Shown here piece after piece: positions 28,621 through 43,224 of a DNA stretch of 64,000 nt. The stretch comes from Eledone cirrhosa (taxonomy: Eukaryota), in contig OZ024743.1 in assembly GCA_964016885.1 (NCBI GenBank), positions 363,506,001-363,570,000 of the forward strand, written 5' to 3'. The notes under the pieces were generated by a model, which did not search any database, was not told the origin of the DNA, and saw only the letters and a list, made by a program, of their open reading frames with translations. Position 1 is the first letter of the stretch. Every line of letters starts with the position of its first letter. Position numbers and translations under genes: made by a program.

Positions 28621-29300
28621 TAATTTTAGTAGTGAGTCACATATGCAGTTGCTGACGTATCATCCCAGTTGAATGCAAACACCGCTTTCGTTTTGTTAAC
28701 AACATAACGCACACACATACACACACACACAATATATATATATATATACACGTATACACACACACACACACTCACACAAACGTACATCAGCAGTAACAAC
28801 AACAATGCTAACAACAATAAAAACATCTAAGTAAAACTAGAAATGACGAACAAAACCATCAGAGCGACAGGACAGTCTCATTAAAATGTTAGTTTTTAAT
28901 TAATCATGTGATTCACAGAGGCAAGCAGCAGCAGCAGCAATATCATGCTCTAGAAGTTTCTCTCCTCATTCTATGACCACAAAACAGAGATCTTATGTGA
29001 CAGAATATCTCCAATGTACATCAAAACTGTCGACTCTCACACGACCACAATACGAGTAAATTTAATCTCGTACGGCGATTAATTTACGTTATAATGTCCA
29101 TTAACTTACACAATTAGTAGCCACATTTGCAAAGCACACATAGACAGATTTATGTATATATAGGTAACATTAAAGTTCATACCTATAACAGCATAAAGAG
29201 ACAGAAAACATCTTCAATTTGGTGTAAGGTTTCATTACGTTAATAATCAACAACTGTTAGTGTTATACAACACACACAGACACAGACACACACACACACA

Positions 29301-29337
<37 letters not shown>

Positions 29338-29342
29338 GCACA

Positions 29343-29423
<81 letters not shown>

Positions 29424-29519
29424 CTATATATATATATACAGTACATATGCGTGTGATGTTGACGGACATAAGAATGAGTACACAATGACGAAGTAGAGTT
29501 TCTTTAGCCCTATTAAAGA

Positions 29520-29578
<59 letters not shown>

Positions 29579-29884
29579 TACATACACACACACACACACA
29601 TATATATATATACATATATAAGTAGGCTACTCAATACATAGCAGAGTATAAATATTTAATATAGAAATGTCTTCACAGGATTAGAACTGTGATTTCCTTT
29701 GAATGAAACAGTTCTAGTCCTGTATATATATATAGAGATTTTGAGTTTATGTTGGTTGTATACCAACACCCCAGTATGCAGGCTGGAGCACTCGACGAAG
29801 TGCGCAGGTTGGTTTGGTTACTCCGGAGTAGTGTAAAATAAAGTTAAATAAAAGTCAAATGATTAAAATTTAGCTTCGTTTATT

Positions 29885-29939
29885 ACTGCTATATATATTT
29901 CAGTGACAGCCATCTTTGGCTGTGACCTCTTCAGGCAGT
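29885..29939 (-). ncRNA. Type-I hammerhead ribozyme with intact core
   Basis: ACUGC-CUGAAGA-GGUCACAGCC-AAAGAU-GGCUGUCACU-GAAA-UAUAUA-UA-GCAGU; 5-bp stem I, ~10-bp stem II, palindromic stem III. Confidence 0.8.
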
Positions 29940-30523
29940 TTGAATTAGTATGGTATAGACAAGTACATATGTTGTTTAGGTGTATAATATTGTTAATACT
30001 CTGAGATGCCCAGTTCCTTGTTGGGTTGTTATTTCATTGAGGAATTGGAGTCATATGAATTCAAACAAACGAATTTCAGTGTCAAAGGTCCCCTTCTCCT
30101 CTCATTGGTCAGTTATTAGAACATTCCTCATTCTAAGTGTTGTTATTGTTGGAGTTAGCTGAAAAATTGATAAAATGGTAGAAGGGACAAGGTGTTAAAG
30201 GAACAAAATAACAAAAAAAGTGTCAAACTTCCCACTGGTCAGTTCTGAGAGCATTCCTCAGTCAGAAGTCTATAGAATTCTTTCTGGGGTGAGGCTCCCT
30301 GTAGTGTTTTTGCCTGCTATTGTTCAGTACATTTGACCTCCACCATTATTTTGGTACTGTTGTTGGTGTAGTGGTCAGCTTATATCTTGCTGCTAACAAT
30401 TTAGAAGTATCTAGTTTGTGTTTTTTCTTCATCCCTCCTGCCACCATCGTAGTAGTGGGGTGGGGGGGTTCTTCCATGTATATTTCTTCATATACATGGA
30501 AGACCCCCCCCCCCACCCACCCG

Positions 30524-30575
<52 letters not shown>

Positions 30576-30605
30576 CCCGATAATATATATATATATATTA
30601 GCCCG

Positions 30606-30707
<102 letters not shown>

Positions 30708-31539
30708 TATCGGGCTAAAATTTGTTTAGTCAAAATTACGGTGAAAAAAAAAAAATTATATATATATATATAAGGGCAGTGCCCCAGCATGGCCTCAGCC
30801 GGATGGCTGAAACAGGTAAAAGAGTAAAAGAGTAATATATATAGGTTTAGTGAATGAAACAAATAGAGCAAGCAACCAACAGACTAAGTGACAGACAGAT
30901 AGATAAATAGATATATGGATAGACACATTGATATTCAGTGTGACAGACTGACAAGACAGTAAGATAAGCAGATCTAATTGCCAACTGCATGGTTTAAGGC
31001 TGTTAATAAAGCCGACACATTATGAATATATTTATAACTTATATCAATTAGTTTTCACCAACAGTTCCAATTGTTTCTTTAATGTTGTTATTGTTGTTGC
31101 TGTGATTAATGGCTACATTCGGGTGATCATGAATCATATTAAATCAGTTAATCAACTCATTTTTCTCACCTCTTCGCTACCAAACTATTATAAAAGACAT
31201 GCTACTCATCAACATTCATGATCACCATATAAATTCGTCATAACTTACACGTGCCTGATCACTGATTTGATCAACTTTTTATTTCACCTAACCAAACGTT
31301 GATTTATAAAGTGGTCTTTTTCTACTATATGAGATATATAACCCTTAAAATTGAGAATAGAATGAATACATATACTTTTATTCTTTTATTCTTTTACTTC
31401 TTTCAATCAGTTGACTGCAATCATGCTGGGGCATCACTTTAGGTTAGTAGATTACATCAACCTCAATACTTATTATTTTCAAGTGTGGTACATGTTTTAT
31501 AAACACTACCACAAACGTAAAGAGTCACGGTCAAATACT

Positions 31540-31570
<31 letters not shown>

Positions 31571-31596
31571 GGATGGCTGAAACAGGTAAAAGAATA

Positions 31597-31885
31597 TATA
31601 AAGAAAAAAAGATGAAATCGAAAATGCTACTGGAGTCTTATTTTTTAAAATATATATATATTTATTTGGTTCCTTTACCGGTGTTTCGCAGTTCTTCTGC
31701 TTTTCAAAAGTAGAGTTGAGATGGAGGATCTGTGGTTTTTTGAGGAAAGCCACAGACCCTCCATCTCAACTCTACTTTTGAAAAGCAGAAGAACTGCGAA
31801 CCGGTAAAGGAACCAAATAAATATATATATATTTTTTTAAATAAGACTCCAGTTGCATTTTCGATTTCATCTTTTTTTCTTTATA
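31597..31885. repeat. Fold-back palindrome (~140-bp arms) of a PLE terminal repeat
   Basis: Arms match around the centre tgtggtttttt-gag-gaaagccaca; the right-arm tail also occurs at ~1715-1835. Confidence 0.9.
31671..31711 (-). ncRNA. U3-A8 variant minimal hammerhead motif
   Basis: CUU-UUGAAAA-GCAG-AAGAA-CUGC-GAAAC-ACCGGU-A-AAG. Confidence 0.55.
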
Positions 31886-32470
31886 CTTTCACTCGTGTAG
31901 GACACCTCGGTTATTTTTCATGTTGTAAAAAACCTCACTTTCTAATATATATATATGAAAAAATGGGGAGAAGAATACTGCAGGCTGCACATGGATAACA
32001 TGTAATAAAATGAGTCCCTCATCAGTGATTTGCCGACGATCATAGATATTTCATTGCATTAAAAATCATATACCTCACGTCGGTGCAATAATAACTAAAT
32101 TAAGTTATTAGGACAATTAAAACGCGTAAAGCGAGTGAGACAAGTAAACAACAAAGAGGAGAGCTAACCGTAGAGAGGAAGGGAACAAGCTACATAGTTA
32201 TTCTGTTAGCATAAGCTAGGTGAATATATGAGCGCTTAGAAAAAAGAACTTTCGAGATGAATCCAAATGTGAGAAAGAAAGAAAATGTATTCGTCGCGAA
32301 CGGGGTGAAGTGAGAAGGGGAGAAACAGTGAGTGAGTGAGTGGAAGTGTGAGGAAGAGTTAACTGACATGACAGAGGGGGCGAAAGAAAGTAGGAGAAAC
32401 AGAGAGAACGAGGGAGCAGTAAGAGAGAGAGAGAGAAAAAAACAGAATCGCAGTTTAGGTAAATATATAA

Positions 32471-33530
<1,060 letters not shown>

Positions 33531-34179
33531 TATATATATATATATACGTAGGTCCCGGGTTGAGTCGGGGATAACCACAGTAAGTAAGGTACTCAATACA
33601 TGGCAGAGTAAAAAAAATTTTTATTGTATAGAAGGAGCTTCTACAGGACTAGCTCCTTCTATACAAAGAAATATATATATATATATATATATAATTATAT
33701 ATTCGTGTACATATATTTTTGCATACACAAAAACAAAATATGAACAAACGTATTTATTTCACGAAAGCACAAACGGCTTATCGTCATTGTTACTGCCGAT
33801 ATGCCACCCAAAAAGTCCCACTACTTTTGGCACAAGGCCAGCAATTACATAGTCAACGGTTCGGAAATCACATGCATCTCTGACGAGTTTACTCCTTACG
33901 CTACCAATTAGTCTTAGTGTACTCCGTCTTGCTTTTTAGGTCATGCCTCGAAGGAAGAGATACTCTATTGGCCGAAATACTGCGAAAGCGGCAAGAAAAA
34001 GGACAAGGCGGGCAAACGAATCGTCAGTGGAATCTGCTATTCGACGGTCTCAAGGCCGAGGTATTCCGTACGTCTCTGTACTGTTTTGGAAAGGCGGGAT
34101 AAACATGCCAATCTATGTTTAGAATTCCGAGCAACGCCGGGCCATTCTGCTAGTACATACTTAAGATGAGATTAATAAT

Positions 34180-34552
34180 AATTCCTTCTACATTTGGCAC
34201 GGGGCCAGCAATTTGAAAGGAAGGGGAAATCGATTATATTGACCGCAGTACGTTACTCGTACTTTATTTCATCGACACCGTAAGGATGATAGACAAAGAT
34301 AACCTCGGCAGGTTTGAACTCAAATCTTAAAGAGACGCAATGTCATGACACAAAGCACGGTGTCCGACGTTCCACCGAAATTACCAATCTACTCGTTTAG
34401 TGAAGAGAGGGCCATTATAATGACCACAGCGCTTGACTTCGGAAAGATTAAAGGCGAAATTAATTTCAGCGGGAATTGATCTCAAAACGTAAAGAACGTA
34501 ATTAAATACCGTAAAGCATTCTGTCCAAAGCTCTAACGTTCTGCCAATCCAC
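34180..34552 (-). mobile_element. Two SINE family A copies
   Basis: Family motifs on the minus strand. Confidence 0.65.
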
Positions 34553-35849
34553 CTTTCATATATTTAGCTATTGAGGACAATTACATTGAATTTCATTTAT
34601 ATATACAATTATATGAAATCTCGAAACGACGGGGGTTTATAAAAATGTCTATTTTATACGAGACAAAATTATGTAAAACCGAGATATGTGGGTCAGAGAC
34701 GTCATACAAAGAAGACTCTTTAAAAAATAATGGATATATAATAAATAAATAAATAAATAAATAAATATCTATAAAGTATACAATAAACACAAATATAAAA
34801 AAATACATAGACATAGGATTTGCCTATCACACACGAATGAGAATCCTTTAGATAGGTTGGGCTAGTGCACACTATTACATTGCTCTTCCCACATTGCTCG
34901 AATTCGAAGATTTGTGCACCCGAATTTACCCGTAAACATTCTTTATGTGGAACCAGACACATAAGCGACCACGTCCTCCGCATACTCGTGTTTTAGTTCG
35001 TGATAATAACTTGTTATTGCATATAAAAAAGGTATGTCGTTTAAATGTCAGCTGTATGCTAGGTCTAACTTCTGTCTAGTAATCTATGCAACCAGGCAAT
35101 ATCTGTAGCATCACGTCTATGATATTTTCGTCATGGCATACTGGTTTGCCTTTCGAACAACAGAGAATTTTATATCTTCCTTATCACCATCCTGTTGCAT
35201 TTTACACGCTTTTAGGTTGAGTCTGTCTTTCTTTTCTCTAATGGGTCTTCTTTCCTTTATTTTCGGCAATGCTCTGCTTTCTGTGCCTTTGTTGTTCTTC
35301 GAGTAGCTTTTACTGCCACACGTATAACAGCTGGGCTTTTTTTCTCGTGTCAGTAGTCTCTCTTAGTCCCTATCTATAGTTGTTCTTTACTCTCTAGTTT
35401 ATATTCTTTATTTAAATTTCTCTGAGAAAGTGGTGCCTATGCATATGTAAATTACACACACCTCATTACTCATCTCTCTCACCTGAATATCACCATCAAA
35501 GACTTCCAGCTGATCTAGTTCAAAATATCCCGCCCCAATACCTCCAAATGCATCTGCTTCTTCAATTACTTCGAACTCCTCCAACCACCAACTATCCCTG
35601 CATCGGGAACACCTATCTCACAAAATCCTCATTCTCGCTGGTTTCAATACTCACAACTTTTTTTTTATGTTCACATTCATCCCATACTGATGCATCAGGT
35701 GTAGAAATTGAATATTTCGCAATCCTCAACCTTCTACATCAATTAGTTTCATCTTCTACTAGCATCCTCGACAAAATAACTGACACGCCAAACATTCCTT
35801 TCTTACTTCTACCGGCTCTGACAATTTTCCATCCATTATTACACTCAAA

Positions 35850-36038
35850 CGGTGGATTGGCAGTATCAGTAGAGAGTCGGACGCCATGCTTTACAGCATA
35901 GTTACATCCCTTTACGATCTGAGTTCAAATCCCACCGAGGTTGACTTTGCCTTTCATCCTTACGGGGTCGATAAAATAAAGTACCAGTAATGCCACTGGG
36001 TAATTTCTGGCCTTGTGCCTAAAGTAGAAACAATTATT
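35850..36038 (+). mobile_element. SINE family A
   Basis: Full head, core and tail; ttattacactcaaac duplicated on both flanks (TSD-like). Confidence 0.9.
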
Positions 36039-36567
36039 ACACTCAAACAATGCATCCTAGTGCACGCCAAACTCGCCAAACTCACCAATCTGTTTATATA
36101 TACTTCGCTTTTGTATTTGTTTTGCAAAATATTTTATGTGAAAACGTGCTGCCAATACTGGTGCATGTAATTTTATTGGCAGCGTGATCCCCCAAAGTAT
36201 AACAACATGTATACACACACACACATGTGTAGAGAGAAAGAAATGTGTGCATGAGACAGTAAACTAGTGGCCTGGGTGTTTCTTTCCATACACTAATCTT
36301 TTGGCGAAACAAATCTCTTTGAGTTTGTACGTGTGTGATATATAGTTATAAAGGTGGGTAAATTCATTCTGATTTATATTTTTAAATATTATGCCTCTAC
36401 CTCACCTTTCTTAGTTTATAGATTCCATACACTGGTGGTTTTCCCTGTACATTGATAAACACACACTCTCTCTCGTCTGTTATCTTTTCTACATATTATA
36501 TATATATATATATATAATAATGAAATGACAGGAGGCTGGATTTGTGTAAATCCTTGAAAGGTTTATT

Positions 36568-36625
36568 ATACTATGATCATTTCAATGACCGGGTTCCGTA
36601 TGAATCCGGTGATATCATCAGGTAT
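36568..36625 (-). ncRNA. Type-I hammerhead motif (left arm)
   Basis: AUAC-CUGAUGA-stem II (AUCACCGG...CCGGUCAU, U.U at base)-GAAA-UGAUCA-UA-GUAU. Confidence 0.65.
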
Positions 36626-36775
36626 TCGAAATATAATACGTGAATGTAATAGATAAAATCCATGGGGCTGAAAATCGAGGACCCGAGGGCGACCGCTATT
36701 CTGCTCCTTCAACCTCAGCCGGTGGCCCTCGAGCCTCATGGATTTTATCTATTACATTCACATATTATGTTTCGA

Positions 36776-36833
36776 ATACCTGATGATATCACCGGATTCA
36801 TACGCAACTCGGTCATTGAAATGATCATAGTCT
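36776..36833 (+). ncRNA. Type-I hammerhead motif (right arm, more mutated)
   Basis: atac-ctgatga-tatcaccgg...cggtcatt-gaaa-tgatca-ta-gtct. Confidence 0.55.
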
Positions 36834-37024
36834 AATAAACCTTTAAAGGATTTACCCAAATCCAGCCTCCTGTCATTTCATTATAATATTTAACTCCGTA
36901 ATAGCACCACCAACTACAAAAACAAACACGGTTGAACTGCTTTACGTTGAGTAGACTCTATATTATTACATTACGATTGACCATACGGAATAGACCAGCT
37001 CTATACAGTGGTGAACCTCAAACC

Positions 37025-37141
<117 letters not shown>

Positions 37142-38390
37142 AGAGAGAGGAAGGTAAATGCTTTTGTTCCTGTTATAGCTGTTGTTGTTTACCCTTAGGA
37201 TAGCCTTACTCGTCGAATTCCAGTAGGCATCATCCGATGTTTCATTTGTTCTTCAGACATGCTGTATCCTTACAATATCTCATTTTTGATTTTAAGACGA
37301 TAGGCAGTGATTTGAGAGAGAACCGTTTGTTATTGCTAGAATGTCGTGTGGCTGTTTAGAGACTTCTTCATTGGTATGCTCCTTCTATTGTTATTAAAAT
37401 AACTGGTATTGACATCAACAACAACGACGAAAACAGCGACCACAACAACGATAAGGGTAACAACAACGACGCCAAAAACGACGACAGAACTGCTTCAACG
37501 ATGACAACGACAACAACGACGACAACAACGGCAACAACACAAATGGCGATGATATTGATGAGGATTTAAGTATCTATTATTGTTGTTTGTTTTTGTTGTT
37601 TTTTTGGCTGTTGTTACTGTTAAATGTTTGTTAATATTTTAAATATTGTTCCAGTTTCAGATCGTCTCTTGAACCGAATTATACTATTTACACGGTGTCT
37701 TAACACAGCTAATTACTTATATAGGTGCCGGATGTTAAGGTAGATATTGTTGTGATATGTTTATTATAAATTATATCGTCAGATTAGGACTTTCATTCTT
37801 TCTTGCTCTATTTACCCACAATCGCTTACTTTCGTTCCATTCATCTGGTGGTATTCAACAGACATGTTTATCCATTGATCCAAATACTCTCTCGCCCCAA
37901 GTTACCTCTCAACCCACAATTGAACGATATTTTGAGATATTACACTGTAAACACTGTAACTTCCTTTTGTCGTGACATTCCTTTGTTGAAGAACTCCCAT
38001 AAATCACTCAGTACACCTACGAAATTTAAGCTCTTATGATTTATCATTAACGCTGTCACAGATTTATGAGTTAATAATGATTTCTTACATTGGCATGTAT
38101 AGCTGATTGACATAACTTCCAGAATATTACTGGTACTTATTTTTTTAGCTAATGTATGATATCCTGATAAAATACGTTGTATAGAGCATATTATACAGTC
38201 CTTCATGTGTACAGTGGAGGTATATTTTGTCTATATCAGCTTTAGGGTAGATGCTTTGAAATGGTGTTAATAGTTTCCTGTATTCTTCCAGGTTATTATG
38301 TTAATGTTAAAGGTGTGGTTTTTACCTGGCGTAGCATTTGCTATTGATAAAAAACATTTTTTGTTTCACTTTTACTCACAGAATGCTTTC

Positions 38391-38429
<39 letters not shown>

Positions 38430-38515
38430 TTGTAATCCATTATCTGAGTTACAAACATTTATCCTTAGACATTTTTAACTGTCTGCATAGTTTTGGCAAA
38501 TAGCCACTTGCATCG

Positions 38516-38539
38516 TTATTTTAATTTCAATATCCCAAT
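38516..38539 (-). CDS. Candidate terminal coding exon of an unidentified host gene (IGILKLK*)
   Basis: Strong acceptor cttttcctgtttcttttcag; phase 0 fits the upstream exon. Confidence 0.35.
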   Translation of the reverse strand: MGILKLK

Positions 38540-38840
38540 CTGAAAAGAAACAGGAAAAGTTCTGGTCACCGTGATGTACACATCTTCAAGTATTTTTAAA
38601 CACGAAAATATAAGTTTAAACAAACAAGAAACGTACTAACAACAATAGCACAAATCTGTGTGATATTAACAATAGTGCTAACAATGAATCCTTTGCTAGT
38701 ATTACAAACTAACGGGAGCTTCTAGATACGGGTATCGTATCCAGCCAAAGAAAGAAGCTTGGTATCACTATATCACAAAAGAATGTGCCGCTAAGCCTGA
38801 GGAACCTATCAAAGAGCTGGCAAGGAGGACGTTGACATAC

Positions 38841-38964
38841 CTTTACATCTTGAAGACACCATTTTCCGTTGTTTTCTATTAAATAAACCTTCTTTGGACC
38901 AGCTATTCTCTGTTTTTCGATATCATGCTCTTCCAGAGGATTGATTTTATTATTCTTTGGCAAC
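38841..38964 (-). CDS. Candidate host exon LPKNNKINPLEEHDIEKQRIAGPKKVYLIENNGKWCLQDVK
   Basis: cacag| acceptor, AAG|gtatgt donor, open frame, non-repetitive sequence. Confidence 0.5.
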
Positions 38965-39095
38965 CTGTGATCTAAACTTTAGTATAACTCAAAATTCCGT
39001 TGTTTTGATCAATTTTACAGTCAACAAATGATTTAGAATGTCTGCAAAATGTTTCAAAATTAGAAACTTTTTGTAAAATTTTTTTTACAGACATA

Positions 39096-39915
39096 ATGGA
39101 ACGTTATATTATTCGGCAAACAAGAACGACGAAAGAAAAGAAACAGTGGACATCAGAAAATACAACTTTCACAAAGAAAAATGATAACTTTAGTCAGCAG
39201 TGTGTGAATTCAAATAAAAACAACAGGCCTCGGTGTTTAATGTGTAATGATATTCTTGCCAATATTAGTTTAAAACTTTCAAAAGTATGAAGGTTTTTGG
39301 TAAAACCGATCTTGGAGATAATCCTTGGAATATTTTCAACGGAGGAAAAACGGTTTACAGTCATCAGTAAAAGTGCTGCATTGTTTTGAGAACTGCTAAT
39401 GATAAAGTTATATTGTCGTTATATCTCACATGTGCACATTATGCTTGATGAAAAATTTTGTGAAAAATTAACAGTAGTACCTATCAGTGACAATATAATA
39501 TCATATGGAATTAATTCTTTTGCAGAATATTTAGAATTGCTTATTATATAACTACAATCTGAGGTAGACTTTGAAATATAACTAGGCGAAAGCATTGTTA
39601 TCGCAAATTGTGCTACACTTTTACTTTATGTCAGATACGAATGGTAAAATGATTTGTTGAAGGATTTGCCGTTTTCTTTTTTTTAAGATTAACTTGATAT
39701 GCAATTGGCGAAGATATATCTGCTGCATTAGAAAAGTATCTTGTTAGACGGTATAAATTAATCTTTTAAGAGCTGCAATATAAGTGTTGGAGCCATGAAT
39801 ATGGTTGGACATTAGCATTATTATTCAGAGATTTTCGGAGGCAACTGATAATAATGCTATTTTAAATCACAGTTTTATATATTGACAAGATCTGGTATCA
39901 AAGGGAATTTTGGAT
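39096..39915 (+). pseudogene. Decayed hAT (Buster/Charlie, ZBED5/8-like) transposase
   Basis: RPRCLMCNDILANISLKLSK; VPISDNIIS; QLGESIVIANCATLLLYVRY (~QLDESTD...LLVFVRY); NHSFIY*Q (~HCFIHRQ). Confidence 0.85.
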
Positions 39916-40103
39916 ATTATTGTCGTTTTGGCTCGCTCAGAGACGACGAGCCAAAATGACAACAGGCTACCATGATCGTCTCAGACTCAAAAAACAAAAA
40001 CACTTTTTTCTTCTGTTTTTTTTTTTTTTCGTTGTGCGTTTTCTTAAAGCCTCTTGGAATGTGTTTACCATCATTCCTTTGGTATAAAACTATTATGCAA
40101 TAT

Positions 40104-40159
40104 ACATCTGATGATGTCACCAGGTACACAACCTGGCCTCTCTGAAATGTGCATAGTGT
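40104..40159 (+). ncRNA. Degenerate type-I hammerhead in a PLE terminal repeat
   Basis: acat-CTGATGA-...ccagg-tacacaa-cctgg...-GAAA-tgtgca-TA-gtgt; downstream gcctcctgtcattt shared with the 36.8-kb repeat. Confidence 0.5.
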
Positions 40160-40219
40160 TTGCATAAATAAATAATTAAGGGAATTCAACTGCCCGGCCT
40201 CCTGTCATTTTACTTACTT

Positions 40220-40275
<56 letters not shown>

Positions 40276-40916
40276 GTTTATATATGTATATCTGTGTGTG
40301 TGTGTGTGCGTGTGTGTGTGTGTATATGTCTGTGTTTGGGTGTGTGTGTGTGTATCTGTGTTTGTGTGTGTGGTGTGTGCGTGTTTGTGTATGTGTGTAT
40401 GTCGAATCATACCTGATCAGTGAATCCGTAATCAAATCGTGTCTTCCAATCGTGACGATCCAGTTTCTTTTTTGTCTGAATAACTGTGACTACACTGTCC
40501 GATGTGTTGATCTTTTTAAATAATAGGGAATGACTTCAGTAAAACTTTACTGCTAGCAGATTGAGTGACCGTGTCTATAGAGGCTACCTCATTGGCTATA
40601 TATTATTGACTCTGCAGCTCGAAGTAGATTGAAATCGAACATCATCTGGCATAGAATGCCAATCCATAAAATATTATATTCCAGTTAGGTGACTTGATGC
40701 AATATAGCAATGACCTACAAATGTGTCGTTCAATACTATACCTATGTAGTCATTTCGTCTTTTCGAACATCATTACATGAGCAAATATATACAGAAGTAT
40801 ATAGATATATAGATTTAAACATACAAACACATATATACAGGCAGGAGCCTCGTTTGCCTTTAAAATGTGAGGGAGACAAACCAGTATTTGTTGATTCTTA
40901 AAGAAGCATAAATTAC

Positions 40917-40961
40917 TTATGGTGCCTTTCCCGGACCCTATCACATAAGTAAAATTTTCCA
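40917..40961 (-). CDS. Candidate 45-nt microexon (GKFYLCDRVRERHH)
   Basis: ttag| ... AA|gtaatt, phase 2-2, shares YLCDR with the 42104-42152 exon. Confidence 0.35.
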
Positions 40962-41220
40962 CTAATTAAATTTTATATATTCAAATGAAATTCAGATATA
41001 AAAAATAAGCTTAAAAAGAATTTATTATATCAAATATACAGAAAATAAAATATAGACGTTTGAAAAAGTGTGTGTGTGTGGTTGGGGGTGCCTTGTCCCC
41101 TGGTACTCCCCTGAAACAAGGCCCTTGTATAGAGGGGTATATAGTTATATACATGCAAATGTACACACCCATATCGAGAGAGATGAATCGGTATATTCAT
41201 GCAGGCAGACACGCATATAA

Positions 41221-41585
41221 TTGATATTTCGAGAGCTAGGTAAATCCTTCATCTGTGATATCACGTACTGCCACTCATTCTTCGCTTCCAACCTTGTCGC
41301 CTCGGCCGTAAATCCAGGCACTGTCGCCCACAATGCAGAGGAGAGGAAAATTGCAAAATACCGAGGTTTGACAGACCGCTTCCTTTTCACGCCGGTTGCC
41401 GTCGTGGCTTCAAGTGTCCTAGGTTCCCGAACTGCCATTTCCCTTCGTAAAATCGGAAGAGCAGCAGCCCGCTTAAAGAAGGAGTTCCATGAGTTGCAGC
41501 AGGTGTCGCTGGCCATTCTCCGTGGCAATGCCTTCGTCATTTTGTTCGCAGAACGCAGCTGAGAAATACCGCTCAGACTGTCACC
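41221..41585 (+). pseudogene. CRE-clade non-LTR retrotransposon 3' end (restriction-like endonuclease)
   Basis: GKSFICDITY...AEERKIAKY..L...F.FTPVAV...SLAILRGNA. Confidence 0.8.
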
Positions 41586-42103
41586 CCCAACACATTTTTC
41601 ATTCCTCTATTTTTTCTTCGTTCTAATCCCTTTGGAACTACTTAGTTGGTAGATTTCATCTGCCACCTAGTTTAACAGCACCACCACATGGACCTTGGGT
41701 TCGGTTTGTGGAGTCCAGTCTATTGCAGGCATTCTGAACGGGCTTGGTTTGAGGATACCTTTCTCCCTCCTTTCCACCATTCTTGGAGGCAATGATAAGG
41801 GACATGGATACAACTCTTCCCTCTCAGACCTTTAACAGTAAAAAAAATGGAGGAATTTGAATTACAGACCAACTGACATTGCAGTTTCAGCAGTTTTACT
41901 CTCAATCCTCTTATCCACACAAATGCACACTATCATGTACCCCCATGCAGTTATGTTAAAACACACACCAATCTGTCATTTGAAGTAAAATGTTAAGAAT
42001 CTACACTCAAGTACAATCAATCAATTTCATTTTTCTTTTAACATCCGACCGACAATTGCCGTCTACTTTTTTCCACTGGTTTATGACGGACGATTACACT
42101 TAC

Positions 42104-42152
42104 TTGGTGCTTACTACATCTCTATCACACAAATAGTTTTGTATGTTTAAAT
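42104..42152 (-). CDS. Candidate 49-nt microexon (LNIQNYLCDRDVVST)
   Basis: tttgttcgtag| acceptor and AA|gtaagt donor. Confidence 0.4.
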
Positions 42153-42987
42153 CTACGAACAAATACAGTTGATACAAAACAAAATCAACAGTATCAGCAG
42201 CAATTACAATAGTATGGAAATAAGTATTAATTTTAATCATGAAAAAGTAATCACTTGTGGTTTTGTTCGTCTTGTTGTTTCCATAAGCTGAAAGATATGG
42301 AATAAATTTCACGGGGGCTCACCCCATATATCGGATTATTCCCTACATAGCAACGAGTTCTTAATACCTTTTGTATATTGTTAGTCTTTATGATTTATTA
42401 ACATTCTCTAATGCCTCATTCTTTAAAGGAAAAATATATAAAAATATATTAAGTCGTCATTTTGTCCGAGATTTGAGTGGGCCAACAATTCTATTAACCT
42501 TTGGGATAACAATATTTTACACATATCTGACTCCTTAAATCAAGCGAAAACAATAAAAACGAATTATTAGAACTAGAAGAATAATTCACTTATAAAAAAA
42601 ATAAAGAAAGAAAAGTATAGCCGTCCACCCTCTGATTGTAATAAAAGTGTCGTATTGCTACAATGAGTCAACTGTTAAGAGAAGACATTAGCAACGAACG
42701 CCGTTTTCGTGAACGCAAAAGAGTTACACATCCATCAAAACTTAACAAAACATTTCATTTTGTAAGGTAAAAGAAAGACAAATGTATGAAAATGATTAAT
42801 CCAGAAAATAAATAGTGTAATATAATATAAAATACAGAGTAAAGATGAGGATATGATTACTATTGTGACAAATAATAACATTTAATCTAAAGGGTGGTAG
42901 TTGTGTCTCTTTCCAACATTATACCCTCATAACAATAGTATGATGTTAAGCAGGATATCGTATTGTATCAGTATGTATTGTGTACTG

Positions 42988-43064
<77 letters not shown>

Positions 43065-43224
43065 TGTGTGTGTGTGTCTGTGTGGGTGTGGGTGTGGGGG
43101 GGGGGGGGGGGTGTATGTATGTGTATGTATGTGTGTGTGCATATGTATGTGTATGAGTTTAAGCAGGATATCGTATTGTATCAGTATGTATGTATGTATG
43201 TATGTATGTATGTATGTATGTATG

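Larger units (their letters stand above)
36517..36885. repeat. Inverted pair of PLE terminal repeats (~170-bp arms)
   Basis: ataatgaaatgacaggaggctgg ... ccagcctcctgtcatttcattat. Confidence 0.9.

Noticed and set aside
32010-32058. Type-II hammerhead on the minus strand
   Set aside because: Stem II does not pair and stem III is mismatched
40060-40143. Minus-strand exon candidate
   Set aside because: Wrong phase and no good donor; better explained as the plus-strand hammerhead repeat
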